A DNA stretch of 63,287 nucleotides, counting the filler, from Octopus bimaculoides (lineage: Eukaryota), in assembly GCF_001194135.2 (NCBI RefSeq). It is 6 parts of 5 records of this genome, joined end to end, with 100 filler letters (N's around TTAATTAATTAA, not from the genome) between each part and the next. Parts side by side here need not be neighbours in the genome. Positions count along the whole stretch, not along the records: positions 11,691 to 28,933 come from NC_068981.1; positions 29,034 to 38,296 come from NC_068987.1; 4 more parts are not named here. One strand, given 5' to 3'. Positions 23,724 to 35,691 of the stretch are shown here, in pieces. Each line of letters begins with the position of its first letter. Within the stretch, counting starts at the first letter, position 1. A program made the translations under genes and the position numbers. The notes below the pieces were generated by a model. It ran no database searches. It had not been told where the DNA came from and saw only the letters and a list, made by a program, of their open reading frames with translations.

Positions 23724-26311
23724 CAGACATGTCAAACTCCTGGCCCATGGGCGGCTTCCGGCCCGTGCAGCAATTTCATCCAGCCTGCGGAACCATTTTG
23801 ATAGCATGAAATTGGTCCAAATGGCGGCATCAGCAAATAGGGTACTTTGCTGCCCTCAACAACACCCATGCCTTCTTGTTACAACTACACATACATAATG
23901 TGTGGCTAAAGCAGGCCATTATATTATATATAGCACTGACTGCACTACCTTTCTTACTAAGGGTGTCACCAAAAGTAGCAATAATTTAATATACGACCAA
24001 TGTAATAGTTGGTCATGTAATTTAATACACGACCAATGCAACTATTACACTCTGTCTGTACAACAAAATACATTAAAGAGGCATGATAACACAGTCACAA
24101 GTCATAATTGTAACTGCAACAAAGCATGCTGGAAAACGCCTCCTTTGATTCTCTAATCATGTGTTGTGAAGTGCTGATGACACAAAATCTACTAATCCCA
24201 TAATGCTTTACCGCTCTTTTGGGTGATCATTTTCATGTGATGTGATTCAGTAGTAGTAGCTATCTATATCAATGGCCAAGAGAAAAGTCGATGCTGAAAA
24301 CAGAGCTTTCAAATCCGGTGGGAAACTGAGGACATGTTGACTGATATTGATGGCAAACCTGTGTGTCTTAATTGTGGTGCTAATGTTGCTGTACTTAAAG
24401 AACATAATCTCAAATGCCACTATGAGACAAAACATCAGGACAAGTATAAATACCTCACTGCTGAGCAGAAGCAATGAAAGGTAGACAAGTTGAAGAGGAA
24501 TCTCAAATTACAACAAACTATTTTTTAACCAAAGCAAAATCACAATGTGAAGCTGCTGTTAAAGCAAGTTTTATTGTGGCAAGGGAGATAGCAAAATCAA
24601 CCCAGCAATTTACTGAAGGAGAGTTTGTGAAGAGCTGCGTGATGAAAATGTGTGACATTTTGAGTCCAGACAAGAAGCAACTGTTTGCTAATATGAGTAT
24701 TAGCAGAAATATGATTGCTGATCAGGTGTGTGAGATGGCCACTGATTTGAAAGGAAAAGATTTTGTTGCATACTCTCTTGCTGTAGATGAGACTACTGAC
24801 ATGACTGATAAGGCACAGTTGGCTATCTTCATCCATGGAGTGGACTCCAATTTGTTTGTCATGGAGGAAATTTTAGACATTAAATCAACACACAGGACAA
24901 CAACAGGAAAGGACTGTTTAAAAAAAATATATCAGAGTGTAACCAACATGAAACTGCCTTGGGACAAACTTGTTGGACTTACAACAGATGGAGCACTGGC
25001 AATGCCCTGCGAGAAAAAAGATGCAAAAAGAGAACTGCGCTGGTGTGTTGACAACATATCACTGCATCATACACCAGAAAATGCTGTGCACTAAAGCCTT
25101 AAAAATGGAACATGCAATGAGCACTGTGATGCAAACCGCAAACTTTATCCAAACCAAAGGGTTAAATCACTGCTAATTTCAGTCTTTCCTGCAGGAAATA
25201 CATTCAGAGTTCGGTAACGTGCCTCATCATACGAGTGCGGTGCCTCAGTCAGAGAAAGGTCCTCAATATAGTTTTTGAGCTGGTTGAAGAGATATGACAG
25301 TTCATGGACAGTAAAGGAAAAGAATCTAAAGTTCTGCAGGATGAAAAGTGGAAATGCGAGTTGGTGTTTCTGGTTGACATAACTGCGCATCTCAACGTTT
25401 TAAACATTCAGCTCCAGGGACAGGTTCATATGATCTGTGACATGCTGTGTTTATGGGAGACACATATGCACCAACTGAACTTGTTTCACTTTCCCTGTTG
25501 CCAAGTAATGTTGAACCAAGTCAGTGCCATAGTGTTCCCAAAGAAACACTTTGCTGATAAATTGAGTGTGTTCCACACTGAATTTGCACAGCAAAATAAT
25601 TTCGAGCTGCTTTGCAACCCATTTGCTGTCAATGTGGAAACTGCACCTCTACAAATTTGAATGGAGCTGATAGAACTGCAGTGTAATGGGACATTAAAAG
25701 CAAAGTACAACTCTGTGTGGCCAGCACAATTCACTCGCTTCATACCTGAAGTGATGCTCCAGCTCCGTTTACATGCAGCTCAAATTCTGTCTTTGTTTGG
25801 AAGGACATATCTGTGTGAGCAGCTGTTCTCTGTGATGAAGACGAATAAAACATCACATAGGAGTCATCTCACAGAAGAACACTTGCAATCCATCTTGAGA
25901 GTCTCAACAACACAGAACCTTACCCCAAACATCAATGAACTCGCTGCCAAGAAAAGATGCCAAGTATGTAGCTTGGACAAAATTGCATGAAGAAAATTGA
26001 AAGTTTTGATTTATTATTTTAATTTTCACTAAAAAGCATACTTCTTTATTTATATTTTCTTTTTTTTTTTTGCAACATGTTCTTATTTTAAATTTTTATA
26101 ATTTTGACAGCAGATATTTTTATGCAGAGCAAAATATTTTAAGTAATTTAAGTTAATGTATTTTTGGAATAAAATTATATACCATCTGTTTCAATACATG
26201 TTCATGTTCAAAATGTTTTAGTCTGTTCAATAAATGTTTATCCTGTTTGGCCCATGACCTAAAGTGTGCTTTGACTTTTGGCCCCCTGTGCAATTGAGTT
26301 TGACACCCCTG
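23724..26311 (+). mobile_element. hAT transposon (Buster/Charlie/SPIN, GTF2IRD2-like), near full length, inactivated
   Basis: TIRs CAGACATGTCAAACTC and reverse complement CAGGGGTGTCAAACTC (13/16); 8-bp flanks CTCTAGAG / CTCCAAAG. Frameshifted transposase at about 24272-25990 with C..C..H.ETKH finger, SLAVDETTD, LTTDGA, YHCIIHQ and FGRTYLCEQLFS motifs. Confidence 0.92.
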
Positions 26312-27442
26312 CTCCAAAGGAATTACAAGAACACAAGCTAATAGCAATAGCCTATCAATGAATCCTCCCTGAATATAGAATCCATTAGCAAACATCCATT
26401 AAACAACCTGTTATAAGTTCTTTGTTACCACAAATAGGGTAACTCTTCATTATATAAGAGTCGCATAATCTTCATTTAAAAGTATATAATATAAACATGT
26501 CCACTAATGCAAGAGACCACATAAGCAGAATACTATCTCACTGGCTGAACTGACATGGGATTTAAAAAGAAAGAAAATAAGACTTTCATTTGTCATTAGA
26601 ATGGTTGTACCCTACATGGGTGGTGGAGGTGAATACATTCTTTGCTTATTAGAACACAACAAATCCTCAGACATAGGGACAGTCTAATAAATAACTTGTT
26701 GCAGCAAATAAATGAATGCAACAAGTCATTAATTACATGTTAACACAAATATAATAAGTCTTTCCTTAAGATTCCATACATCTAGCATAGGCATTTTTTA
26801 AAGTTTATTCATCATACACTGCTGTCTCTTTCAACCTTGTTCTAAAAACCTAAGGAATTTAACCAGCATGATGTACTGTTGCCTGTACCTCTCTCTCGCT
26901 CTCTGCACCACTATTTCCCTCTCTCTCTGTATCACTACTTCTCTCTCCCCCTCTCCCTCTTCGACTTGTACGTGGCCCTAACTCTATATAACCAGTTCAA
27001 TTTCCAACTTTATCCTAATCGTCTTCGAATCTCTCTGCTGACAGAACTACGACGANNNNNNNNNNNNNNNNNNNNNNNNNNNNNNNNNNNNNNNNNNNNN
27101 NNNNNNNNNNNNNNNNNNNNNNNNNNNNNNNNNNNNNNNNNNNNNNNNNNNNNNNNNNNNNNNNNNNNNNNNNNNNNNNNNNNNNNNNNNNNNNNNNNNN
27201 NNNNNNNNNNNNNNNNNNNNNNNNNNNNNNNNNNNNNNNNNNNNNNNNNNNNNNNNNNNNNNNNNNNNNNNNNNNNNNNNNNNNNNNNNNNNNNNNNNNN
27301 NNNNNNNNNNNNNNNNNNNNNNNNNNNNNNNNNNNNNNNNNNNNNNNNNNNNNNNNNNNNNNNNNNNNNNNNNNNNNNNNNNNNNNNNNNNNNNNNNNNN
27401 NNNNNNNNNNNNNNNNNNNNNNNNNNNNNNNNNNNNNNNNNN

Positions 27443-28933
27443 CTGCGAGGTTCCTCACAGGCAAAGAACACAGGTACAAGATTTTCTGGGCAGGGAACAC
27501 TGACGGGGTCGGGGGCGTGGGAATACTCCTAGCAGAGAAATGGGTTGATAAGGTAATCGAGGTAGTCAGAATATGTGACAGAGTACTTAAGATTAGGCTA
27601 GTGCTTCATCATAGATTAGCTACCGTCATCTCGGCCTATGCCCCCCAACCAGGGCTACCGGATGGGCAGAAAGACCAATTCTAAGACACCGTCTTGCAAA
27701 CTATCTCATTGACAAATGACAGGGACCTTCTCTTTGTGGCTGGTGATTTCAATGGTCATGTTGGACGTCATGGAGGGGGCTTCCATGGCATTCATGGAGG
27801 CTATGGCTTTGGTTCCCGCAATGAGGAGGGAACCAGACTGCTGCAGTTCTGTGATGCAAACGATCTTATGATTTGCTATACCAATTCAAGAAACCTGCCT
27901 GTCACCTAGTCACCTACCGCTCTGGCAGACACTCTAGCCAAATCGACTACATCCTCACCAGAAATAGGGAAAGAGGGCGGCTTATAAATGCCAAAACCTT
28001 TCCTGGCGAAGAATGTACCCCTCAACACAGATTAGTAGTTAGCGACTTCGGGATCAAGGCAAAACGGATGCCCAGAAGTAGACAGACATGGAGGACATGG
28101 GTTTGGAAACTTAAAGATCCAGCAAACGGACAGAGATATAGAGACATACTACTTGAAGCATTTGACGAAATAGAAGGGGATATAGTATCATACAACATGG
28201 AAGACAACAGGAGGTTTCTATGGGACAACCTGCTGAGAGCCACCGACCAGATCTGTGGCTGGTGTAAAGTCCCCTCTCGACTCAAAGTAACTTGGTGGTG
28301 GAACAATGTGGTTGACAGGGCTCTTAGACAAAAGAAACAGGCTTGGAAAGAATGGAGGTAGCAGGGAATTGTATCAGACTGCTAGAAGGGAAGCTAGGAG
28401 AGAGGTTTATGTAGCCAGAGGGGAAGCAGATAAGAAAAAGTTTGCCAATGTTCTGCGCCGTGAGGACTAAAGACTTGAAGTATTTCGTGTTGCAAGACAG
28501 TGTGTGAGAGAGAATCGTGATGTCGTGGGAGAGAAATGTGTTCAAATGGATGATGGAAAGCCCCTGGCCCATCTGGAATCACTGCAGAGATGCTCAAAAC
28601 ATCTGGCAGTGTCGGCTATAGCCTAGTCACCCGTATTGTTAACCAGGTGATACACGAAGGAGTCATACCCAATGACTGGTGTAGCAGCACCATAGTCAAC
28701 TGTTACAAAGGTAAAGGTGACGCTTTAGATACAAATAATTACGGAGGTATCAAGTTGTTGGATCAGGTAATGAAAGTCAAGGAGAGGGTCATAGCCCAAC
28801 TAATTAGGGAGCGAGTCAGTTAAGATGAGATGCAGTTTGGGTTCGTGCCAGGGAAAAGCACCACTGATGCTATATTTCTGGTAAGCCAGCTGCAGGAGAA
28901 ATACCTAGCCAAGGATAAACCTCTGTACCTGGC
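27443..28933 (+). mobile_element. RTE-clade LINE, second copy (EN and RT N-terminus), truncated by gap and spacer
   Basis: Colinear with the reverse complement of about 18960-20700; VAGDFNGHVG and SQIDYILT motifs; in-frame stops; one internal deletion. Confidence 0.9.
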
Positions 28934-29033
28934 NNNNNNNNNNNNNNNNNNNNNNNNNNNNNNNNNNNNNNNNNNNNTTAATTAATTAANNNNNNNNNNN
29001 NNNNNNNNNNNNNNNNNNNNNNNNNNNNNNNNN
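28934..29033. other. Artificial scaffold-joining spacer
   Basis: 44N-TTAATTAATTAA-44N. Confidence 0.95.
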
Positions 29034-29065
<32 letters not shown>

Positions 29066-29339
29066 TTAGGGATAAAAATCCAAATTTACAGGTAAAAACT
29101 CAATTAAATTCAATTTATCAAAAATTAAAATTAAATTAAGTTTCACAGTATAAACATATAAATATATAGTTTTAAAGAAAAGAACCAAAGTTCATGAACT
29201 AATCCATGAAAATCCACAGTCACATATAGAAAAATTTAATAAGTAAATGCACGATAAATATATATATTTTAGTTACTTATTTTTTATTATTTATTTTTAG
29301 ATAATTTGAAAATCTGTTGGCTGTCTGGTTGGTTTGATT

Positions 29340-29737
29340 ATGTCATCGATTCCCGATAGTTTCTTCAACTGTTGCCCGTTTCAGACTCCCATGTCACCCG
29401 TGCCTTTCGACATAAGAACCGAGGGTCTAGAATCGCCCACATTGAATCCTGTGACTGGTCGTACCAATGAAGTCTTGTCTCCTTCGGTTGTTTTGCCAAT
29501 TCCTGACGCTAGAAGTTTTCCAATGCATCTCGATGGCAGTGACGACCTCCAAGACCTGCGTTCTTTGCACGCTACGACAACGCCTGTCTTACCAACAATC
29601 CACGCTTCATCTCCACATCTATCGGCGATATCAACTACAGTCCCGCTCGTCCGGATCGATGACACGAATACAGCGGAGTCACGGAATGAAGAGTTGAAGT
29701 TACCATTTTGTCACAACCAGCTTAACAACAACAACAG

Positions 29738-29771
<34 letters not shown>

Positions 29772-29810
29772 AGCTGCTATAACAATAGCAGCTGCAATGG
29801 CAACGATGAT

Positions 29811-29842
<32 letters not shown>

Positions 29843-30195
29843 AACAAATGATATTATTACTACTACTGCTACTACTACTACCACTACTACCATTTTCAAT
29901 ATTAACAATACCAACAACAACTTTAACAACGGTGATAACATAGATTTCGACTTTGAGAACATGACCATCAGAAGCCACATTCCTTTAGTGAAACCAAATT
30001 CTTTCGAGGCGTCCTGTTCTTCATCTGATATCTACAGTGACAACGATTGGTCTGTGAAAATGGCCAATACAGATCTATACCAGCTCCAACAACAGCCATA
30101 CTTAAATTACAGTAACGCTCAACAGGCAGAAATTCCAGACTTAATCTCCTTACCTGCATCATTAGGCAGTTATGATAGATGTAAAGCAACTACAG
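29340..30195 (+). CDS. ESE-type ETS transcription factor (ELF3/EHF/ELF5-like), coding exon 1 (Pro/Ser-, Asn- and Thr-rich)
   Basis: Acceptor TTATTTTTAG at 29300, in-frame stop at 29307, ATG at 29340, 285 open codons, donor CAG|GTAACG (phase 1) compatible with exon 2. Confidence 0.75.
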
Positions 30196-30445
30196 GTAAC
30201 GTATTTACGGTATCGTTAGACCATTTTTTAAAAGTTATCTTTACAGATTTCCTAAAGAAATTAGAGCAAGCACAGACTTGTTACGACGTTTTGTATACGA
30301 ATACGTATTAAAAAAATGCGAGCGAATACAGAAAAACAAATAATGGGTATAGATGAATGTTTCAGGCGTTCTGGCATCACATGAAACCCTTTGATCCTCC
30401 ACGAATACATTGCTTAAAGCAGTGGTTCTCAACCTTTTTCTGTAC

Positions 30446-30652
30446 TTCAACCCAATCGAAAATCTTTGATCCATCATTAAACAAAATGTTTATACTGATG
30501 GAGGCCAATTTACGTCACAAGATGTCTTATTGGCGACCATCAAAGCTGCAGCAGAGACAATCCAGCCTGCTACTATTAAGAAATTCACAGATTCCACGAC
30601 TAATAGGGTTTTTGAAGTAATCCGTCGAAATGGCGCTCATGTGGCTAAATAA
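30446..30652 (+). mobile_element. Tc1-family transposase C-terminal fragment (intron 1)
   Basis: FNPIENL*SIIKQNVYTDGGQF...RVFEVIRRNGAH; matches the LNPIENLW motif with a TGG>TGA change. Confidence 0.8.
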
Positions 30653-32164
30653 TTCATTATGTCAATAAATGTTATAATATTATTATGGTTTTCTGTTAAA
30701 CATATATTCAATGTATGCTTAATATGTATCATAAACCTTTATTTTCTGAAAAAAAAAAAATGTCTAGATGGGCTATTTTCATTCAAAAGCTATTAGCGTG
30801 GTTCACCCCCAAAATGAAGAATCTGAAATAAAAAAGAAAGGACGTTTCATAGAATAATGAAAACATAACAACGGTGTTGCCATAGTGCGCAAACCAGCTG
30901 GGAAAACCTGGGAAAAGTTTTATCAAAATCGATTCACAGAAAACCGAGAACCCAAAATTTCACTCCTAAGCTATTAGCATTGTTCTGGGAGTACCCCNNN
31001 NNNNNNNNNNNNNNNNNNNNNNNNNNNNNNNNNNNNNNNNNNNNNNNNNNNNNNNNNNNNNNNNNNNNNNNNNNNNNNNNNNNNNNNNNNNNNNNNNNNN
31101 NNNNNNNNNNNNNNNNNNNNNNNNNNNNNNNNNNNNNNNNNNNNNNNNNNNNNNNNNNNNNNNNNNNNNNNNNNNNNNNNNNNNNNNNNNNNNNNNNNNN
31201 NNNNNNNNNNNNNNNNNNNNNNNNNNNNNNNNNNNNNNNNNNNNNNNNNNNNNNNNNNNNNNNNNNNNNNNNNNNNNNNNNNNNNNNNNNNNNNNNNNNN
31301 NNNNNNNNNNNNNNNNNNNNNNNNNNNNNNNNNNNNNNNNNNNNNNNNNNNNNNNNNNNNNNNNNNNNNNNNNNNNNNNNNNNNNNNNNNNNNNNNNNNN
31401 NNNNNNNNNNNNNNNNNNNNNNNNNNNNNNNNNNNNNNNNNNNNNNNNNNNNNNNNNNNNNNNNNNNNNNNNNNNNNNNNNNNNNNNNNNNNNNNNNNNN
31501 NNNNNNNNNNNNNNNNNNNNNNNNNNNNNNNNNNNNNNNNNNNNNNNNNNNNNNNNNNNNNNNNNNNNNNNNNNNNNNNNNNNNNNNNNNNNNNNNNNNN
31601 NNNNNNNNNNNNNNNNNNNNNNNNNNNNNNNNNNNNNNNNNNNNNNNNNNNNNNNNNNNNNNNNNNNNNNNNNNNNNATATATATATATATATATATATA
31701 TACGTACATAAAAACAACGCACGCATGAACACATGAACACACAAGAACACACAGACACACACAGACACACACACACACACACGTTTGTGCGTGTGTGCGC
31801 GCGTGTGTGCGCGCGTGTGCTTTCATTATGCATTTATGCATTTATGTTAACGGAATAGTAAAGCCTCTTGTCAAATAACAATGAGATGATTTATAGTTTA
31901 TTAGAAACTTTAGCTTCTCCTAATGCATCCATCAGAGCTGCATGGAACATAATCTTCGCACAGACACACATACGCATAGAAATACATGCACACACACATC
32001 TGTATATATACGTGTATGCATATACGTATGTATGTATATATAGATCTATGTGTACTTAGTATTATTATTAATATTGTTCTTATTTTATTCTTATTCTTAT
32101 CATTAATGTTGTTGTTGTCAATATTATTATTATTGTTGTTGTTGTTGTTGTTGTTGTGATCCAG

Positions 32165-32407
32165 AAATATGCCACCACAATTGGTGGGAAATAAATCCAG
32201 ACTTGTGGAATCTCCGAGAACTGTTAGACTGGATGGCCTATACGTTACAGCTGGACAAAATCAATTCCATTATCTATCTCAATAACTTCTTCCGAGACGT
32301 CAAGAACGGCAGCCAGATGAGACGCATGTCACTCGAAGAATTCCTCGGCAGAGATCCAGATCACGGCTCTATGTTGTTTCAGTCTCTAAAATATTTCAGC
32401 GAATATG
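32165..32407 (+). CDS. ETS factor exon 2, Pointed (PNT/SAM)-like domain
   Basis: EICHHNWWEINPDLWNLRELLDWMAY...KNGSQMRRMSLEEFLGRDPDHGSMLFQSL fits the PNT pattern P..W....V..W...NG..L..MS.EEF....G..L...L. CCAG| acceptor and G|GTTAGT donor, phase 1/1. Confidence 0.82.
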
Positions 32408-32419
32408 GTTAGTAAATAT

Positions 32420-32714
32420 ATTTGGCTTCACTTTTTCTCCTTCTTTTCCCCTTCTTTTTCTCTTTCTTGTTTTTCCCTTTCTTTCTTTTCCCCTTTCTTT
32501 CTTCTTCCCTTTCTTTTTTCCCCTCTCTTTCTTTTTCTCTTTCTTTTTTTCCTTTCTTTCTTTTCTCTTTCTTTCTTTTCTCTTTCTTTCTTTTTCCTTT
32601 CTTTTTCTCCTTCTTTCTTTTCCTTTTCTTTCTTTTTCCTTTTCTTTCTTTTTCCCTTTCTTTTTCTCTTTCTTTCCTTCCTTCCTTCCTTCCTTCCTTC
32701 CTTCCTTCCTTCCT

Positions 32715-32757
<43 letters not shown>

Positions 32758-32758
32758 G
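32420..32758. repeat. Polypyrimidine/polypurine tract ending in (CCTT)n(CTTT)n
   Basis: Direct reading; almost no purines on + over about 340 bp. Confidence 0.9.
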
Positions 32759-33289
32759 TCGGTTGTTTGCCTACGAAATACGCCTATATTTAGAAACAAA
32801 AAAAAAAAAAATGAATATGAAATAAATCAGTTGAATTTTGTATGAAACACATGTCTTGGGCAAGACATTCAACTGGATCCCGTTATAAGGTACCAGCTTG
32901 GGAGTTTTGGAGTTAGGACGGGTATGGAGTTACCCCTTAGTCACCACTACCCTCAAATCTGCAATTTCGTCCGGTAACGCTATCGGTAAAACCATCATCC
33001 GACAAATGATAGATACATGACCCGTGCCCTGTCAGCAACCGGTTGTTCTTTCTCTCTCTAGAAAGGACACTTACGGTATATAATATATTGAATTATTTAC
33101 AACACATTTTGTGAGTTGTAGTATTTATCATTGGCCCCAGTTACGGGTCAAAACGTAGGAGAGGGTCCAGCAGCTAAAGCGTACTGGACCCGAAGGAGGG
33201 CTGACTCCTACACATGTGTTACACAGGCATACCTGTATGTCGGAATGCCCTAATGTCACGTGAATCGTCCTTCGTTACTACCTAAAGAT

Positions 33290-33454
33290 TACTAGCGTAG
33301 CTAGAGCGTGCGCCGCCCGGAGAGGCCCTTCCGTTCGCAGCTCCAGGACCCCACGAAAAACCACATTGCCTACAGCAGACCCAAAAGTGATGTTCCTTTA
33401 AAAATGCCGCCCAGGGTGAACCGCCCCTACCGCCCCCTCCTAGCTACGCTAGTG
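33290..33454. mobile_element. 165-bp hAT-type MITE
   Basis: 15-bp TIRs TACTAGCGTAGCTAG / CTAGCTACGCTAGTG (14/15); 8-bp flanks CTAAAGAT / CTAAGGAT (7/8). Confidence 0.8.
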
Positions 33455-33993
33455 CTAAGGATTACACTGGTTTTGTGCCTTGAGGGTCGTTTTATTCTCG
33501 TAGTTTCTTTCTTCGAACTGCTACTCTCTGGAACTTATTACCATTGTCTCGTTTTCGTCTGGTCTATGATATTCAGTCCTTTAAATTTTCTGTCAGTCAA
33601 TGTCTTTTGATTTTGTAGGTGCCTTCTTTTCATATAGATCCCTTCTTTTCATGTAGTGTAGTTCCTACACTATAGCGACTCAAGCCATATTAGAAAAAAA
33701 AATCATATTAAAACAATTGTAGGATTACATTCGAAATAACTGGAGACCAATAGAGTAAATTCTAAATAAGACGGCAGAAGATAACGGGAAACCATTGCTA
33801 TATTCTTAAGGAAAATCAATAAATTTTCACTCTTTGGTATGAAAGATCATGATCGCTTCCGACGCCAGTAAACATGGTACAGGAAGCGGAAGAGATGAAG
33901 CACAAACTTAATAAATGGCTTTGTCTTTGTTTTTTTTAATATTTGTTCATTCATTATCGATATGTTTTCTTTTAAACATAGTTATCTTTGCAG

Positions 33994-34185
33994 GGAATAT
34001 CCTCTTTGATGATAATAATCATTTTGCTTCACCAAAGGAATATTATTCCGTCGAGTGCATCAAGGACGCTCACTACAACATGGAAATGAACGATGACAAA
34101 CTTGATAACTTTTACCCATTAGAGTTCGGTAGATTTCCTCTACAACCGCAACAGCAACACCACACTGCTTTACTGAACAGTTCAA
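33994..34185 (+). CDS. ETS factor exon 3 (linker region)
   Basis: Acceptor TCTTTGCAG|, open frame GNILFDD...LLNSS, donor A|GTAAGG (phase 1); an alternative in-frame donor at 34129. Confidence 0.68.
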
Positions 34186-35154
34186 GTAAGGATCCGTTAT
34201 TGCGTTATTATTAAACGTCTTCGAAATATGAAAGCGAACAGCTAAAGTGTTATCTATGTTCTTTGCGCTTCGCTATTTCTGTACGTGTATGAGTATATGC
34301 GAGTACGTTTTGTGTGTGTGTGTGTGTGTAATCATGTGTATTTTTATTGGCGTTTTTCCCTTGATGATGGTGGTGCTGGTGGTGGTGGCGGCGGCAGCGG
34401 TGGTGGCGGCAGTAGCGGTGGCGGTCACAGTAGCGGTGGCGGCGGTGTTGGCGGTGACAGGAGCGAAGGAATTGGTTGTGATGGTGGCGGTGAGAGCACT
34501 GAATGCGACTTCTTGCAGTGAGTGAGTCGACGTAAGCTCAGTTCGGTGGAGACCGTTTTTCTTTTGGCTCTTTGCAAAGTTATTGAGAACCGTCAAAATT
34601 GCAAAGGGGTCATTATGATTTCTGTTAGCGCTCACACATTAATTACAATGAAGGAAGGTTGTATGTTTTAAAGTTCTACCACGAATTCGAAGTGCAACAA
34701 GAAAGACACACCATTAGAAGACACGACACTGTGGAATTGTCTGAGATAAAATCGCTTAATAGATTTACTGACTTAAAAACACAATACACTAATCCTTCCA
34801 TTATCGCAGGTGTTACGCTCCAAAATCTTCCGCGATTGGTGAAAATCCGCGAAGTAGAAACAGGACCGTAATGTTTATTTTTTCATTGTTTGTGCTTATG
34901 AAAGAGCAATAACCCTTGAAATATGCATATACACTCGTTAACTATTTTTTTCTTTCTTCGATCGCATTGTTTACATTGACGTATTCGTACAGGACAGGTC
35001 GCAACTTTCAGTGCTGGCTCTAAATTCTATGGAATATCTACAGAGATACACTTAAGAGATAATAAAAATATAACTCTATATTTTAGGAGGTGGTTTGTCC
35101 GTAACGCATATTACTCAACTCTATCTTTATAATCAAATATTACATTTTCTACAG

Positions 35155-35379
35155 ATGTTGTTATACCAAAACTCGAAACACCGTTACTGGGTGAATCTAT
35201 TATCCAAAACAGAATCGATGATAGCGTCCACTCGTGTCAATTATCGACCAACAGTGACGGAAATGTACCGATGCACAGTAACAACCAACAAAAAATGTTC
35301 CAACCGTGCCAACCGAAAAGAAAGCCAGGGCGTCCGAGACTCCATCCTCTCAATAAGGATTCAGCTGGCATCAAGAAAA
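35155..35379 (+). CDS. ETS factor exon 4 with AT-hook-like motif KRKPGRPR
   Basis: Acceptor TTTTCTACAG|, open frame VVIPKLETP...QPKRKPGRPRLHPLNKDSAGIKK, donor A|GTAAGT, phase 1/1. This frame is absent from the ORF track. Confidence 0.8.
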
Positions 35380-35406
35380 GTAAGTTAATGTCGTAATTTA
35401 GCGGAA

Positions 35407-35500
35407 CGGCAATGGTACAGGTGTGGCTGTCAGGTAAGAAGTTTGCTTCCCATCCACATGATCCCGGGTTCAGTCCCACTGCACGGCACCTGGGGTCCGA
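35407..35500 (+). mobile_element. SINE family A head (intron 4); a second head at 35695-35765
   Basis: GGCTGT..GGTAAGAAGTTTGCTTCCCA.CCACATG..CCGGGTTCAGTCCCACTG. Confidence 0.75.
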
Positions 35501-35633
35501 CATATATTTTGTGAGTGGATTTGGCTGACAGAACAATTCCGGAAAATACCATTATCATCTTGGATTTCAGACCAGTTTGTTAAGGGGAAATGCACGAAGC
35601 TCTTTGAGTAACCATGAATATTCTACCACTTAT

Positions 35634-35691
<58 letters not shown>

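Noticed and set aside
24474-25990. GTF2IRD2-like host gene
   Set aside because: Frameshifted, intronless and bounded by TIRs and a TSD; it is a hAT transposon.
30196-30311. 3' extension of ORF 29334-30311
   Set aside because: Read-through past the phase-compatible donor at 30196 into intron 1.
32422-32845. Phe/Ser/Leu-rich and Lys/Arg/Glu-rich ORFs
   Set aside because: Translation of the intronic pyrimidine tract.
33165-33200. Hairpin GGGTCCAG...CTGGACCC
   Set aside because: An isolated 8-bp stem with no family features; probably part of an unrecognised repeat.
35095-35388. ORF-track frame MSVTHITQ...
   Set aside because: Wrong frame; the adjacent frame carries the AT-hook and fits both neighbouring exon phases.
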